Of a DNA stretch of 64,000 nt, positions 24,906 to 35,932 are shown piece after piece. The position numbers were made by a program, and so were the translations under genes. Each line of letters begins with the position of its first letter. The first letter of the stretch is position 1. Under the pieces are notes generated by a model. That model worked only from the letters and a program-made list of their open reading frames with translations, was not told where the DNA came from and did no database searches. This DNA comes from Elsinoe ampelina (taxonomy: Eukaryota). The stretch spans positions 1 through 64,000 of the forward strand of contig ML992507.1 in assembly GCA_010093995.1 (NCBI GenBank). The letters are read 5' to 3'.

Positions 24906-27048
24906 ATGGCTGCCAGACGGTCACTGGGAGGCGGGCGGGTGCTGGGAAGTGGGAGGGGATTGGCTCCGCCGGCGCCGAGTAAACCGCAACATCAGAGGAC
25001 TGGGAGTCTGCTGAGCCCGTCGGAGAGTTCGGTATCGCTCAGTTCGCAGACTTCGAGTACGCCGGTCTCGACGCAAGATGAGGATATCATGTCCAAGGTG
25101 GCAGTGGGGGATCAGGGGCCGAGTGCCTTGGCGGCGGCGAGCTCGAAGCTGATGTGTCCGATATGTAGCGAGGAAATGGTAAGTGGTATTGTCTGAAGGG
25201 CGGGAATCACAGCTTACATGGGTCAGGTGACGCTGCTTCAATTGAACAGGTAAGGTAGTGTATGGACATTGGGTGAATCGGGACTAACATGTGCAGACAC
25301 CTGGACGACAACCACCAGAATCTGGAAGAAGTGCAGCAGGATGAGGTCAAGAATTGGTTCGATCAGCAAGTGGAGAAGGCGAAGAAGTTTCAACCGCTGG
25401 CGGTCATAAATCAGCGACTACGAGGACTGGATGTCTTTGAACCAAATGGGCTGGCCAGTCCCCCTCGACCTGCCTCGGCGCAATCACCAAACAGAGCAGC
25501 ATCGCCTGCCAGGGCATCTCCAGTCATGCCAGCACCGGAAGTACGCTCCGTCGATCCTGATGAGGTCGTCTCTAGAACGCACTGGCAAAGGTCGACGGGC
25601 ATGGACATGTGCACTGATCCAAAATGCGGGAAGCGATTAGGCACGACGAATGGAAACATCAATTGCAGACACTGTGGGAAGCTTTTCTGCGAGGAGCACA
25701 CGATGTATCAGATGAAGTTATCAAGAGCCGCGAAGCATGAGCCAGTACGAGGATATTGGTGCCGGGTCTGTGAGACTTGTTACAAGAGTAGGGACGGATA
25801 TAATGATTACAACGGATTGGAGCGGAATCACACCAAGGACTTCATGGACGTGCGGAGAAAGACAGTCGACAAGCAGTATCTGGAGATCAGTCGGTTGGAG
25901 AAGAGACTGACAAGGTTGACACAATTGCTTGCCAACCCACCACCACCAGAGCCAGAACCAGGCGCCGCGGGCTTTTTGAGGTCTTTCGCTGGAAATCGAA
26001 GTCATCTGAGAACTCTGGAGCAATCTGTGGTCACCTGGGAGGACGATGCTACAGTGGCGCAGTGCCCATTCTGCCAGCAACCATTCTCGCAGTATTCTTT
26101 CAGGAGACACCATTGCCGAATATGTGGGCGAGTCGTCTGTGGAGACCCTGATACAGGGTGTTCGGCAGAAATCGCCCTCAATGCGGAGAGAAGTAAGCAC
26201 TTTCCTATGATAATGGCCGACTTTGCTAATATATCTAAACAGTCAATGGCGAGAAATCTGAGAAAGAGGTCAATCAAGTACCTATCGATGTCCGCATGTG
26301 CAAAGATTGCCAACACACTGTATTTTCGAAAGCAGACTTTGCTCGAGAACTTTCACAGCAACCGCCGGATCAGAGAGCATACCAGAATCTCATCCAGTTC
26401 CAGCGAGGTATCCAACTCTTGCTACCAAAGTTTCAGCGCCTTCTCCAGACTCTGCAGGACCCTGAAAGTCCGCCCTCTCCCGCACAGATCGCTGAAGCTG
26501 GCAAGGTCAGAAAGCGGCTGATGGACGCTTTCACCCAGTACGACGTGGCTGCCCGTCGGATACGAGACATGCCAACGACATCCCAAGCCCAGGAGAAGCT
26601 GCAAAAATCTGTATATTTGCAGGCTTCAAGCTTTTTGCACCTTCACATGCTTCCTCTGAAGTCGTTACCAAAAATAATTCGACATGCGACTCCCAACGGC
26701 TCGCGACCTGCTGGATCACCACTTGCTGCTATTAAGCACGAACGATCGAACGGTCTGACTAGACGCGACAGTAATGCGTCGACGTCGACGACTTCGACAC
26801 CAAATGTCGCAGCCATCACCGCCCTCGAAGCGGAGGAGAAAGAGCTCAGAGAGCGTCTCATAGTGCTAGAGGAGCAGAAATTCATGGTTCAGGAAATGGT
26901 GAACGATGCGAAGAAGAAGCGGCGATTCGATGAGGTGCAAGCACTGGGAGGCAATGTGGATGACTTGTCTCGAGAGATTGACAACATCCAAAATCGCTTA
27001 CGAGGCATGGACTTTGAGGGCGCATATTTGGGGGAAATAGGTGGGTGA
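24906..27048 (+). CDS. PEP7: Vacuolar segregation protein Pep7/Vac1 (rabenosyn-5-like; C2H2 plus two FYVE domains)
   Basis: C2H2 finger CPICSEEM|VTLLQLN|RHLDDNH split across exons (micro-exon ~25227-25249); FYVE WEDD..CPFC..RRHHCRICGRVVC; C-terminal Rab-binding coiled coil. Confidence 0.9.
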
Positions 27049-27150
27049 GGAAGCGCTCGAATGAGTAGCTCTGGGATGAAAAGGTCATGATGTCTATATT
27101 TTGTACATGCATAGCGCGGCGTTGAAGAGGCAGCTACCCAGCCCGAATGT

Positions 27151-28400
27151 TTACTTCGGACTTCTACTTTGAGCCTCGTTAACGTCTTTGCGCTGGAACA
27201 CAAACAGCGCCTCATCCTTGCCCGCAAAACTCGGCAGCGGCACCCTCGCCGTCAACACCATCTCCTTCCTCTCCCTCTCCATCCACTTATCGATCGTCTC
27301 CCCTTCAAACCCCGTGAACCCATTCCCATTCTGCGTCCCCGCCACCACCACCGTATCCCCCTTATACGCCCTCAACACCTTCCCCGTAAAATCATCACTC
27401 ACCTGGGGATAGACCAACAACAACAGATCCCCCCTGCCACCATCCCTGCCTTCCAAAAACTTCACCCCATCCCCCACGACCGTATCTCCCACCCACACCG
27501 TCCTCCACACAGAATGCCCGCTATCCACCGGCACCACCTCCAGCTTCCCCTGCGGCCGATCCAGTCTCCGCAGCATGTACGTCCAGTACCCGTTCCCGCT
27601 CCCCAGATCTACCACCGGTCTGCCCTTCGCGAGCGTCTTGATCATAAACAAAGCTTCGAACGAAGGAACCACGCACCCGAAATGATGATACAACACCGGC
27701 AAGAGGGCGTGGCTGATCTTCGTCTCGGCGGTGCCGGGGTCGGGACCGCCCCACTTTAGAGCGTGGCAGGACCAGATCCAGAGGTCGAGGTAGGGGTTGA
27801 GGTGGGGGGATTTGAGTTTGGGGATTGGGATCGTGGGGGAGGGGGGAAGGTAGAGGGCGGTGAGGTGGGTGGCGATGGTGAGGCGGAGGGTGGATTTGCG
27901 GGCGTTGGAGAGGAGGGCTTTCAGAGCTGAGGGAGTGGAGGTGGTGGAGAGGAAGAGCGTGGTGTAGGCTGTTATGTCGGGTTCGGGGGGGCCGGGGAGC
28001 TGGGATGGTTAGTATCGTGTGTTGGCGGCAAAGTGTTGACAACTGGAACGCCGGAAGGCAGCTCGTGTTGGATGGGTGAGGACCATGCGAGAAGAGATGG
28101 AGAAGATGAATAGAAACAATGTCCTACCTTTTTGCCTTCCTCATCTCGATACCACTCTAGCAGCCGTCCTTGGTCGCCATAGTTCAGGTACGTCTGAGCT
28201 TGATCTAATGTCACTTCCGCTATGGCTTTGTACTTGTATGTGTCATTCGGCCGCAGCCCAAACGATCTGCTTATACATTTCTTGAAATCATTGTCGTCGG
28301 GACCACCAATTTCACCCTTTTCCCACTTCTCAAAAAATTGGTCAGGGTCGAAATTGAAGGAGCCTTCTGTTTGGGCCTTCTTTGGTATTCGAGGTGCCAT
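27151..28400 (-). CDS. Conserved fungal hypothetical protein with a class I SAM-methyltransferase-like C-terminal domain
   Basis: VVDLGSGNGYW (SAM motif I-like) and LLLVYP; exon 1 begins MAPRIPKK; intron at ~27980-28125. Confidence 0.7.
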
Positions 28401-28656
28401 TTGCAAGCATTTGAAGTTGAATACTCAGCAGGTGAAGTGCTTGACCAGTCCGGGGATAAATCTTTATCACTCGGGTTTACCCAAGATGCGGCTCTGCGAT
28501 TCGAAGGTCATCATGCCAAGCCGATTTCTGATTTTACAAAGCATTACGGCATCGCAGACAACGTCCACTTTATGCTAGTGCGAACATCGTAGAAGATCTT
28601 ACGCCAATGGCTATCAAACAATAAGTATCTCTCATCTCCTTCACCACATCTCTTTC

Positions 28657-29670
28657 ATGTCTTCTAAAGAACAGAACAAAACACTACCATCAACACAAAC
28701 AGCTATCTCGCATACAAGCATCTACATCGTCTCTGCAATCGTCACAGCTCTAGCACTCACCCTGGCACTGTACACACCAGCTCGAGCTCTCCTCCCAAAA
28801 TCTCTCACCTCTCTTGCGACTCGATCTCCCTTCCGCGCAATGTCTACAACTACCACAACCACTTCCGCCCCGAGCACATTCGGACCACCACCACCTTTCA
28901 CAGTCGCTAAACGACCGTGGAATGCACGCGGTCACGCCGACCATGGCTGGCTATACACATTCCACACCTTCTCTTTCGCTTCATACTATGACCCCAAGTA
29001 CGAGTCGTTCGGCCCTCTCCGAGTCATCAATGAAGATCGCGTCGAGCGAGGTACAGGATTCGGCACCCACTCACACGCCGAGTTTCTGATCTGGTCATAT
29101 ATTGTGAACGGCGAGCTCGAGCACAAGGACAGCATGGGCAATCTGGAGAAGCTGCGAAGAGGAGAGGTACAATTCACATCTGCTGGAACAGGAATCCGGC
29201 ATTCGGAGTACAATCGCAACGAGGATGAGGATGTGCACTTTTTGCAGATCTGGGCGAAGCCAAGCGTCAGAGGACTGAAGCCGAGCTACAAGACGCGCAA
29301 GTTCGAGGATAGTGAAAAGAAGGACAAGCTGTGCAGAATAATGGAGAGCGTGGACCGCGTAGACGCTACCAAGGACGAGGGTCCAATCCCTATGCATGCT
29401 GATCTAAGCATGGACGCTAGCATCTTGTCGCCGGGAAAGAAGGTGGCGCATCAGCTGGTCAAGGAGGGCGACAGGAACGTCTATCTGCATCTCGTCATGA
29501 CTGGCAAGACACAGCCAAAGACGGGAGGAGCACAGATCAGGGTCGGGAATGTCACATTGGGTGAAGGTGATGGGGCGTTTGTCAAGACCAAGGCCGGAAC
29601 GAGATCAGTGGAAGTAGAAAGCGTCGGCGACAAGGATGCGGAGTTCTTGTTGTTCGATATGGGACAGTAG
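28657..29670 (+). CDS. Pirin family (quercetinase-like) cupin
   Basis: RGHADHGWL..HTFSFA, LRVINED, FGTHSH.E, LEHKDSMGN, SAGTGIRHSEYN and HFLQIW motifs. Confidence 0.92.
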   Translation: MSSKEQNKTLPSTQTAISHTSIYIVSAIVTALALTLALYTPARALLPKSLTSLATRSPFRAMSTTTTTTSAPSTFGPPPPFTVAKRPWNARGHADHGWLYTFHTFSFASYYDPKYESFGPLRVINEDRVERGTGFGTHSHAEFLIWSYIVNGELEHKDSMGNLEKLRRGEVQFTSAGTGIRHSEYNRNEDEDVHFLQIWAKPSVRGLKPSYKTRKFEDSEKKDKLCRIMESVDRVDATKDEGPIPMHADLSMDASILSPGKKVAHQLVKEGDRNVYLHLVMTGKTQPKTGGAQIRVGNVTLGEGDGAFVKTKAGTRSVEVESVGDKDAEFLLFDMGQ

Positions 29671-29901
29671 TGTGCCGGACTAGACAAGCAATGTATTTGT
29701 ACAGATCGAATTCGAATGTGAATCATCAATATGGAACAAGGGAAACTATTCAATGTGAAGTTCACGTGGCCATGATCTCATACTCGATTTGCTCACATAC
29801 ACAGTATCTCACATCTCCACCACTTCATCCAAATCTCTGCTGCTCCATATCATCCGCAGCAGGGGTAATGCTGCTTTCACACGTCTTCCTGATCTTACCT
29901 C

Positions 29902-30262
29902 ATGTCCGGCGACCATAGGCCGCCGCCGAACTACGATGAAGGCATCAATTTCGCCGACCTCGCCGCCACAGACGAAGCCTTTGCGAAGCATTATCAAAAT
30001 GGCAAATTCAACTTCCAAGACCCAGAAGCAGTACAGTACGACCTTCATCCTCCTCTTCCCCTAACCACACTAACACTCCCAGACAACTCACCCTCTCTCT
30101 CCTAGCCCGCGACTTCTCCCTCACCCTGCACCTCCCCCCCGACCGCCTCTGCCCCCCCATCCCCGTCCGCTGGTCCTACATCCTGTTCCTCTCCCGCCTC
30201 CTCCCCCCCCCCCCCCCCCCCCCCCCTCCACGCCCCCGACATCGACCCCCACCCCCCCCCCT

Positions 30263-30296
<34 letters not shown>

Positions 30297-31110
30297 ATCC
30301 CGCATCACGCTCCACCACCGCGACGTTTCCTCTCCTCTCCTCCCTCTCGACGGACTCGGCGTCGGGACGTTGGATTTCACCATGTGTAACCCCCCTTTTT
30401 ACGCTAGCGGAGCGGACCTCCTCTCCTGCGCGGAAGGGAAGGGCGCTCCTCCGTCTGCCATCTGCACGGGCGCAGAAACCGAGATGATCTGTCCCGGTGG
30501 GGACGCGGGGTTTGTGCTGCGGATGGTGGAGGAGAGTCGGGAGCTGGGGGAGAGGGTGCGGTGGTATACTTCTATGCTGGGGAAGTTGGGGTCGGTTTAT
30601 CAGGTGGTCGAGGGGATTAAGCAGGCGGGGTGTGGGAATTGGGTCGTGCAGGTTTTGAAAGGGGGGAGGAGGACGAGGAGGTGGGTTGTGGCGTGGAGTT
30701 GGGGGGAGGGGAGGGTGGGGATGGGGTTGGTGAGGGGGGAGGAGGTGCCGAGGGGACTGTGGGGATGGGGGACGGAGCAGACTGTGTTGGTCAAGGGGGG
30801 TATGGAGGAAGTGAGCAGGAGGGTTGGTGAGGTGATGGGGGACTTGGATCTGGTCTGGCGGTGGGAAGGAGCGGACGTAGGAGTAGGTGAGGCGAGGGAA
30901 AATGTATGGTCTAGGGCGGCGAGGAGGAAAAGGAAGACAGGCGAGGGCAGCGTGGCGAAGGAGGAAGGTGGCGAAGAGCAAAAGGCGGCGCTAGCATTCA
31001 GGATCACAGTCAGGGAAGAGGGCATAGATGTCAGGTGGCTTCGCGGCAGAGACCATGTCCTGTTCGAGAGCTTCTGCGGTATGCTGAAGCGGGCAATGAA
31101 CCCGGCATGA
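29902..31110 (+). CDS. METTL16/RlmF-family RNA m6A methyltransferase (U6 snRNA-type), interrupted by poly-C tracts
   Basis: INFADLA, NFQDPEAV..LT..LL..DF.L...LPPDRLCPPIPVR, DFTMCNPPFY (catalytic NPPF), E..CPGG..GFV.RM..ES and WYTSMLGK motifs; the frame through 30200-30296 is unreliable. Confidence 0.8.
30200..30296 (+). repeat. Poly-C homopolymer tracts
   Basis: Two long C runs (~24 and ~33 nt) plus shorter runs, seen directly. Confidence 0.95.
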
Positions 31111-31167
31111 GAGACATTGTATTTCCCTTTCTTTCGTAGTGATACCCCAACAACATACTCATCCTCT

Positions 31168-31837
31168 TCACCACTTGGCTTCCTTGCTCGCTAGGAACTC
31201 GTTCAATATCTTGACATTCTTCTCCAGGCCCTCTAACCACTCTCCTAGCTCCTTGTTGACTCTGGTCTCATCGTCTCCTAGCTTCTTATAAAAGTCCTTT
31301 CGGTATGGTGTCGCGCTCATTGCGGCGGAGAAGATGGGCTTGATGATGAAGCTGTGGTGCGGTTTGAGCGTATTGCCGTATGCTGATCTGAAACTGGCTG
31401 ATAGCTCTTCGCTGGGCTTGCTCAAGTTCTGTCTCAGCGATTGTGCGGTAAAGTCCAGACCCCTGGTGAGCCATAACAGTCCTTCAGTAGCAGTGTGCTT
31501 CTTCGTCTTGAGCTCATTGCGAACCAGATCTTGCAGGTTCTCAGAGTCGAGCGGTGCGGCAAGTTTTCGGTCCTTCAACTTCTTGATATTGCCGCCCATG
31601 TCGGACTTGACGGGAGTGAAGGCTGCGGAACCGAGGACATCTAGGTGAGTGATTAGAGCGAACAGTGGCATCAGATGACCAATGTGGCATACCGAATAAG
31701 GTTGTCAGCGACTCGGCGGCCTCCAGGAACTCATCGGTGCTGATGGCGTTGCCATTGCTCTCGTCGATTGGGACCTGATTGAACTTCTTCTTGAGGGTAT
31801 CGAAGAAGGTGCCGCCGGGTGGATATGCTGCAGCCAT
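31168..31837 (-). CDS. Glycolipid transfer protein (GLTP / HET-C2-like)
   Basis: FLEAAESLTTLF|DVLGSAAF.PVKSDM.GNI.K, ATEGLLWLTRGLDF and AY..TLKPHHSF motifs; one intron at ~31642-31692. Confidence 0.9.
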
Positions 31838-32584
31838 ATTTGTAGTTCGGTATAGGGGTAGTACAAAGCGATCGAGAGAGGATTTTCTAGGCGGTCAAGT
31901 AGGTGGAATATTGTTCAAGGATGAAGATATCCAGGGGTTCTGGACCCGGAGCTCTTTCCTGATCTGCGGGGTCCAATCCACTCGCGGGGCAAACTTCGGC
32001 GGCAGCGGGGCACGTCATTTCCCACGATGTGCTGGCGGTGTGCTTCCTTTCTCTTCTCTATCCACGATCAAGGAAGAAGTCGGCTGCTCGACCCAGCACC
32101 TTTCCTTTTCCTGCAGAGGTCTAATACTTCGGATCGAGTATCTGAAACTGTAAGGCAGGTTCTCAGGCCTCACTGTGGATCGCAAACATTAGGCTTCAAA
32201 CCTCTTCCGCGTCTTCCGGCACAGCGATGACCTGCCTACCTTGCGAAGGGCGTGCACTTGACATAAACTGCTTTCGAGCTCAGTATGTCGCGACATGAGT
32301 CACTGACGATCTTCTCCGAGAATTGGCCAACAGAGGGACGCTGTCAGCTATCGCCCATATTTACGTCCGTACCATTTTGATACTCGTTAGTCTCGCTACC
32401 CGTCGAGGGATATCAATGCAGCGGTGTCTGAATGAGGTTCTTACTCTCACGGTAATACTGCTATGTCCGACCATCATGATGATGCAGACCGAGTATAAGT
32501 ATATGGATGCTTGTGATGGAAGGCAAGGTCAACTAATACACATACCTTTCAATCGCTTCACGCATCTTGCTTCGCTGTTTCATC

Positions 32585-33427
32585 ATGGCACCGATCACCT
32601 TCCATCTTGTAGCAACATCCGGATCGACGGAAGCGTTCCTTGCCGAGTCGAAGAAGCATTTGGCACAAGAAGACTTGCTGTATATCGGCCGAGCAGTGCA
32701 CTGGATGCATGAACCCCACCTCTCCGTGAAAGCTCTTCTCGGAACCAAAAGCCGTGCCATCGAGTGGCAGTGCCTAGTTGCTACTCAATCGGCAACTCTT
32801 CCAGATGGGCTCCGTGAGCATTTGGTCACCCACTGGTCCATCTCATCCGATGTCGATGACAACATGCTCAAAGCCGTCGCTGCCATGGCAGAAGGCGCAG
32901 ATGCAAGCGCTGCGCCCGCAAGCTTCCCTGGCTGGAACGCGAATGATCACACGGGGCTCGACGCAGCTACACCAGTCTCGGACCTGGAAGTAAACATTGA
33001 CATGCCGACTCGCAGCTTGGGAAGCGACCTTGCATCGGACCCTACACCGTTCAGAGACTTTGTGCGCACGTTCGGCGCCAAGCATACTGGTCCCGTCCAC
33101 ATCTTCAATCTACTGTCGTACCTACCAGGGCAGCGAGACCGATACATGCAGTACGTTGCTGCGTTTCAAAAGAGTGTCGGGAGTACATACGGAGGTACTC
33201 CCGAACTCCTTGGCTTTGGGGTCGTCGATTGGTCATCCAAAGCTGTCGAAGAGAAGGACGGTCAGCAATTCGGCTGGGAGGATACTGCGCTCATCAAGTA
33301 CCCGAGTATCTGGCATTTTTCAAAGATGATCGACAGTCCGGAGTATGCCTCGGCAGACAGGGACTACAAACAAGGCGTGATCAGGGATAATGCGCTGCTG
33401 TGTGTGACTCCACTGTCACTGGATTGA
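32585..33427 (+). CDS. Conserved fungal hypothetical protein (C-terminal DUF1330-like dimeric alpha/beta barrel)
   Basis: GPVHIFNLLSY..Y..Y...F....G..YGG and WED.ALIKYPSIWHF..M..S.EY...D..YK motifs resemble DUF1330-type proteins. Confidence 0.65.
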   Translation: MAPITFHLVATSGSTEAFLAESKKHLAQEDLLYIGRAVHWMHEPHLSVKALLGTKSRAIEWQCLVATQSATLPDGLREHLVTHWSISSDVDDNMLKAVAAMAEGADASAAPASFPGWNANDHTGLDAATPVSDLEVNIDMPTRSLGSDLASDPTPFRDFVRTFGAKHTGPVHIFNLLSYLPGQRDRYMQYVAAFQKSVGSTYGGTPELLGFGVVDWSSKAVEEKDGQQFGWEDTALIKYPSIWHFSKMIDSPEYASADRDYKQGVIRDNALLCVTPLSLD

Positions 33428-33867
33428 TAGTGTATATTCCATAGGCGGAAGTTGAGGATACAATTTGACATCCATTCCAATCGATGTGCATTGCTCTCGT
33501 AAGGCGAACATGTGCTCAGTGGCCCAAATAGTGGGGGGTGGGGCAAGTGAGGGGCAGTCTGCCTGTGACGCAGTCATTTGCTTGATCTTTGCCCTTCCAT
33601 GCTCTGCATCTTTCACAACAAACTGGATATTTGGACGCTGTAGATTACACGGGACAGTTACTCTTATAACTGGAAGCAAGCGTTATATCTATCCTCAAAG
33701 TGATTGTTTCGTAAGAGCAACGGTCGAAGGATCAACCACAACCATCTTCCACCATCTCTTGCAGATCTGCTTTTCCACTAATATATAGTAAGGTATTGCA
33801 CCTTTCCATGTGTAATTTCTGTTCACACATTCTACAGGGGTGTATATATACATAATATACAGTCAAG

Positions 33868-35062
33868 ATGGTACAAACATACAAGATCGCCGCCATCCCA
33901 GGTGATGGCATTGGGACTGGTCCGTACCACACTAACCATATATCTTGAGTCTCTACTAACAATGAACAGAGATCACAGAAGCAGCCATCCAAGTTCTCGA
34001 CAAGTTGTCTGATGTCGTCGGGACATTCAAGTTCGAGTGGACCAACTTTGACTGGAGCAGTAAAGCCTACCTCGAGCGAGGATGGTACATGCCAGACGAC
34101 TACAAGGAGCAGCTGAACAAGCATGATGCCATCTACTTTGGTGCAGTTGGCTGGCCTGGTAAGACTGGTGGTAAGGAGGTGTCCCGAGAGTCAGCTAATC
34201 GGCGGTAGATGTACCCGATCATATCTCGCTTTGGAACATGATTCTGCCCATCAGGAACAACCTGAATCAGTACGTGAATGTTCGGCCGTCTCGAATGTTT
34301 AAAGGCATCACCTCTCCCATTACCCAAGTCAAAGACAAGCCAGACGACCTCGATTGGATCATCATTCGCGAGAACTCGGAGGGCGAGTATGCAGGCCATG
34401 GAGGCACGACACACAGCCATGCTGGACATACCATTGCCACAGAGACTGCTGTGTTTACCAGGACTGGAATCGAGAGAATCTCCCGATTTGCCCTGGAAAC
34501 TGCCAAATCGCGACCACGAAAGAAGCTGACCATGGTCACGAAATCGAATGCTCAGCGCCACGGTATGGTACTTTGGGACAAGATCTTCTTCGAGGTCGCC
34601 AAGGAGTATCCTGATGTTGAGGTTGACAAGATGCTCGTCGATGCTATGACTGTCCGCATGGTGAACAACCCACAATCTCTTGACACGATTGTAGCAACCA
34701 ATCTGCATGCGGACATCCTGACGGATCTGGCGGCTGCTCTTAGCGGGAGTATCGGTATTGCTCCCAGCAGCAATCTCGATCCTACCAGACAGAATGCCAG
34801 TATGTTCGAGCCTATCCATGGGTCTGCACCGGACATTGCAGGAAAGGGTGTGGCAAATCCCGTTGGTGCCATCTGGAGTGCCGCGGAGATGGTTCGATGG
34901 GTCGGCAAGGGCGAGCTCGACCAAGTGGCTGACAAAGTCATCGACGCGATCGAGAATGTGACCGAGGCTGGGGTCAGGACGCGAGACCTGAAAGGCTCAG
35001 CCAACACCAAGGAAGTGACGGATGCCATCTGCGCCGAGATTGAAAAGCTCCTCAAGAAGTAG
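33868..35062 (+). CDS. Tartrate/D-malate dehydrogenase (decarboxylating), isocitrate/isopropylmalate dehydrogenase family
   Basis: YKIAAIPGDGIG, DAIYFGAVG.PDVPDHISLW, IIRENSEGEY, VTKSNAQ and MFEPIHGSAPDIAGKGVANP motifs; two introns. Confidence 0.88.
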
Positions 35063-35066
35063 CTCC

Positions 35067-35780
35067 TCACTCCTGCAAATAGCCACTCTTGTTTATCTCC
35101 CCCCAACCAGCGACCTCCACCCTCGTCCCCGACTTATCCTTCGTAGGCCACTCCCAAGGCCGCTCCCCACACCTCTCCCACGGCCAAAGCACACATATCG
35201 CCTTCCCCGTGATCAGCCCCCTACTAATCGGGCCATAGAAATTACTATCCCCACTCTCCCTCCAATTATCCCCTTCCACCCAGACATGCCCAGGAGGCAC
35301 CCTCACAGCCCCCTTGTTCGTTCCCAACCCCATGTGCAAATCCAACGGATCATCCCCCCACTGCACCCCCAACCTCATCATCCCCTCATGCTCCAAGTCC
35401 TCCACCTCCCCATCCCCCGTCCTCGTCTCGGACCCCCTCTCGAACCGCCTCCGATCCAACCACACCAAATCCCCTTCCAGTCCCACCACGCGCTTGACAA
35501 CGAGAAACTCCCTCTTATGCGGCGCCCAGAACGCAACCACGTCCCCGCGCTTGAGGTCCGTCGTGACGTTATGCTTGCGGAGGAGGAGGTAGTCTTTGCG
35601 TCCTGTCTCGTGGTAGAGAGGGGAGAGAGTCGGGGCCATGCTACGTCCGCTGACGGAGAGGACTTCGGCGAAGTGGTCATTCAGGAAGCTGGCGATGGCG
35701 GCGGACCAGAGGGGGAGGGTGAGGAGGCGGGCGTAGGGGCGGAGACGAGGGAGGTGGGTGGTTAGGCGGGAGAAGGGCAT
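35067..35780 (-). CDS. IMP2: Mitochondrial inner membrane peptidase subunit (S26)
   Basis: V.GRSMAPTL (Ser), RGDVV, VKRVVGLEGD (Lys) and VPPGHVWVEGDN...S.DSN.YGPIS motifs. Confidence 0.85.
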   Translation of the reverse strand: MPFSRLTTHLPRLRPYARLLTLPLWSAAIASFLNDHFAEVLSVSGRSMAPTLSPLYHETGRKDYLLLRKHNVTTDLKRGDVVAFWAPHKREFLVVKRVVGLEGDLVWLDRRRFERGSETRTGDGEVEDLEHEGMMRLGVQWGDDPLDLHMGLGTNKGAVRVPPGHVWVEGDNWRESGDSNFYGPISRGLITGKAICVLWPWERCGERPWEWPTKDKSGTRVEVAGWGEINKSGYLQE

Positions 35781-35932
35781 GGTAGTGGGTTGTGCAGGGT
35801 CGGGAAGGTGGTGGGTGTGCTGTGCCGCGGATGCAGCTGGGATGACCCCGCTTTGGTGTAATGCTTACACAGAGGTCATCGGTTTTGGGGAGGATTGGGT
35901 CTCTTCATCTTGTTCTTGATCTGATATACAGA

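Noticed and set aside
31168..31837. Heterokaryon-incompatibility locus suggested by HET-C2 similarity
   Set aside because: GLTP is a conserved housekeeping gene, and no HET-domain or NLR partner is visible in the window.
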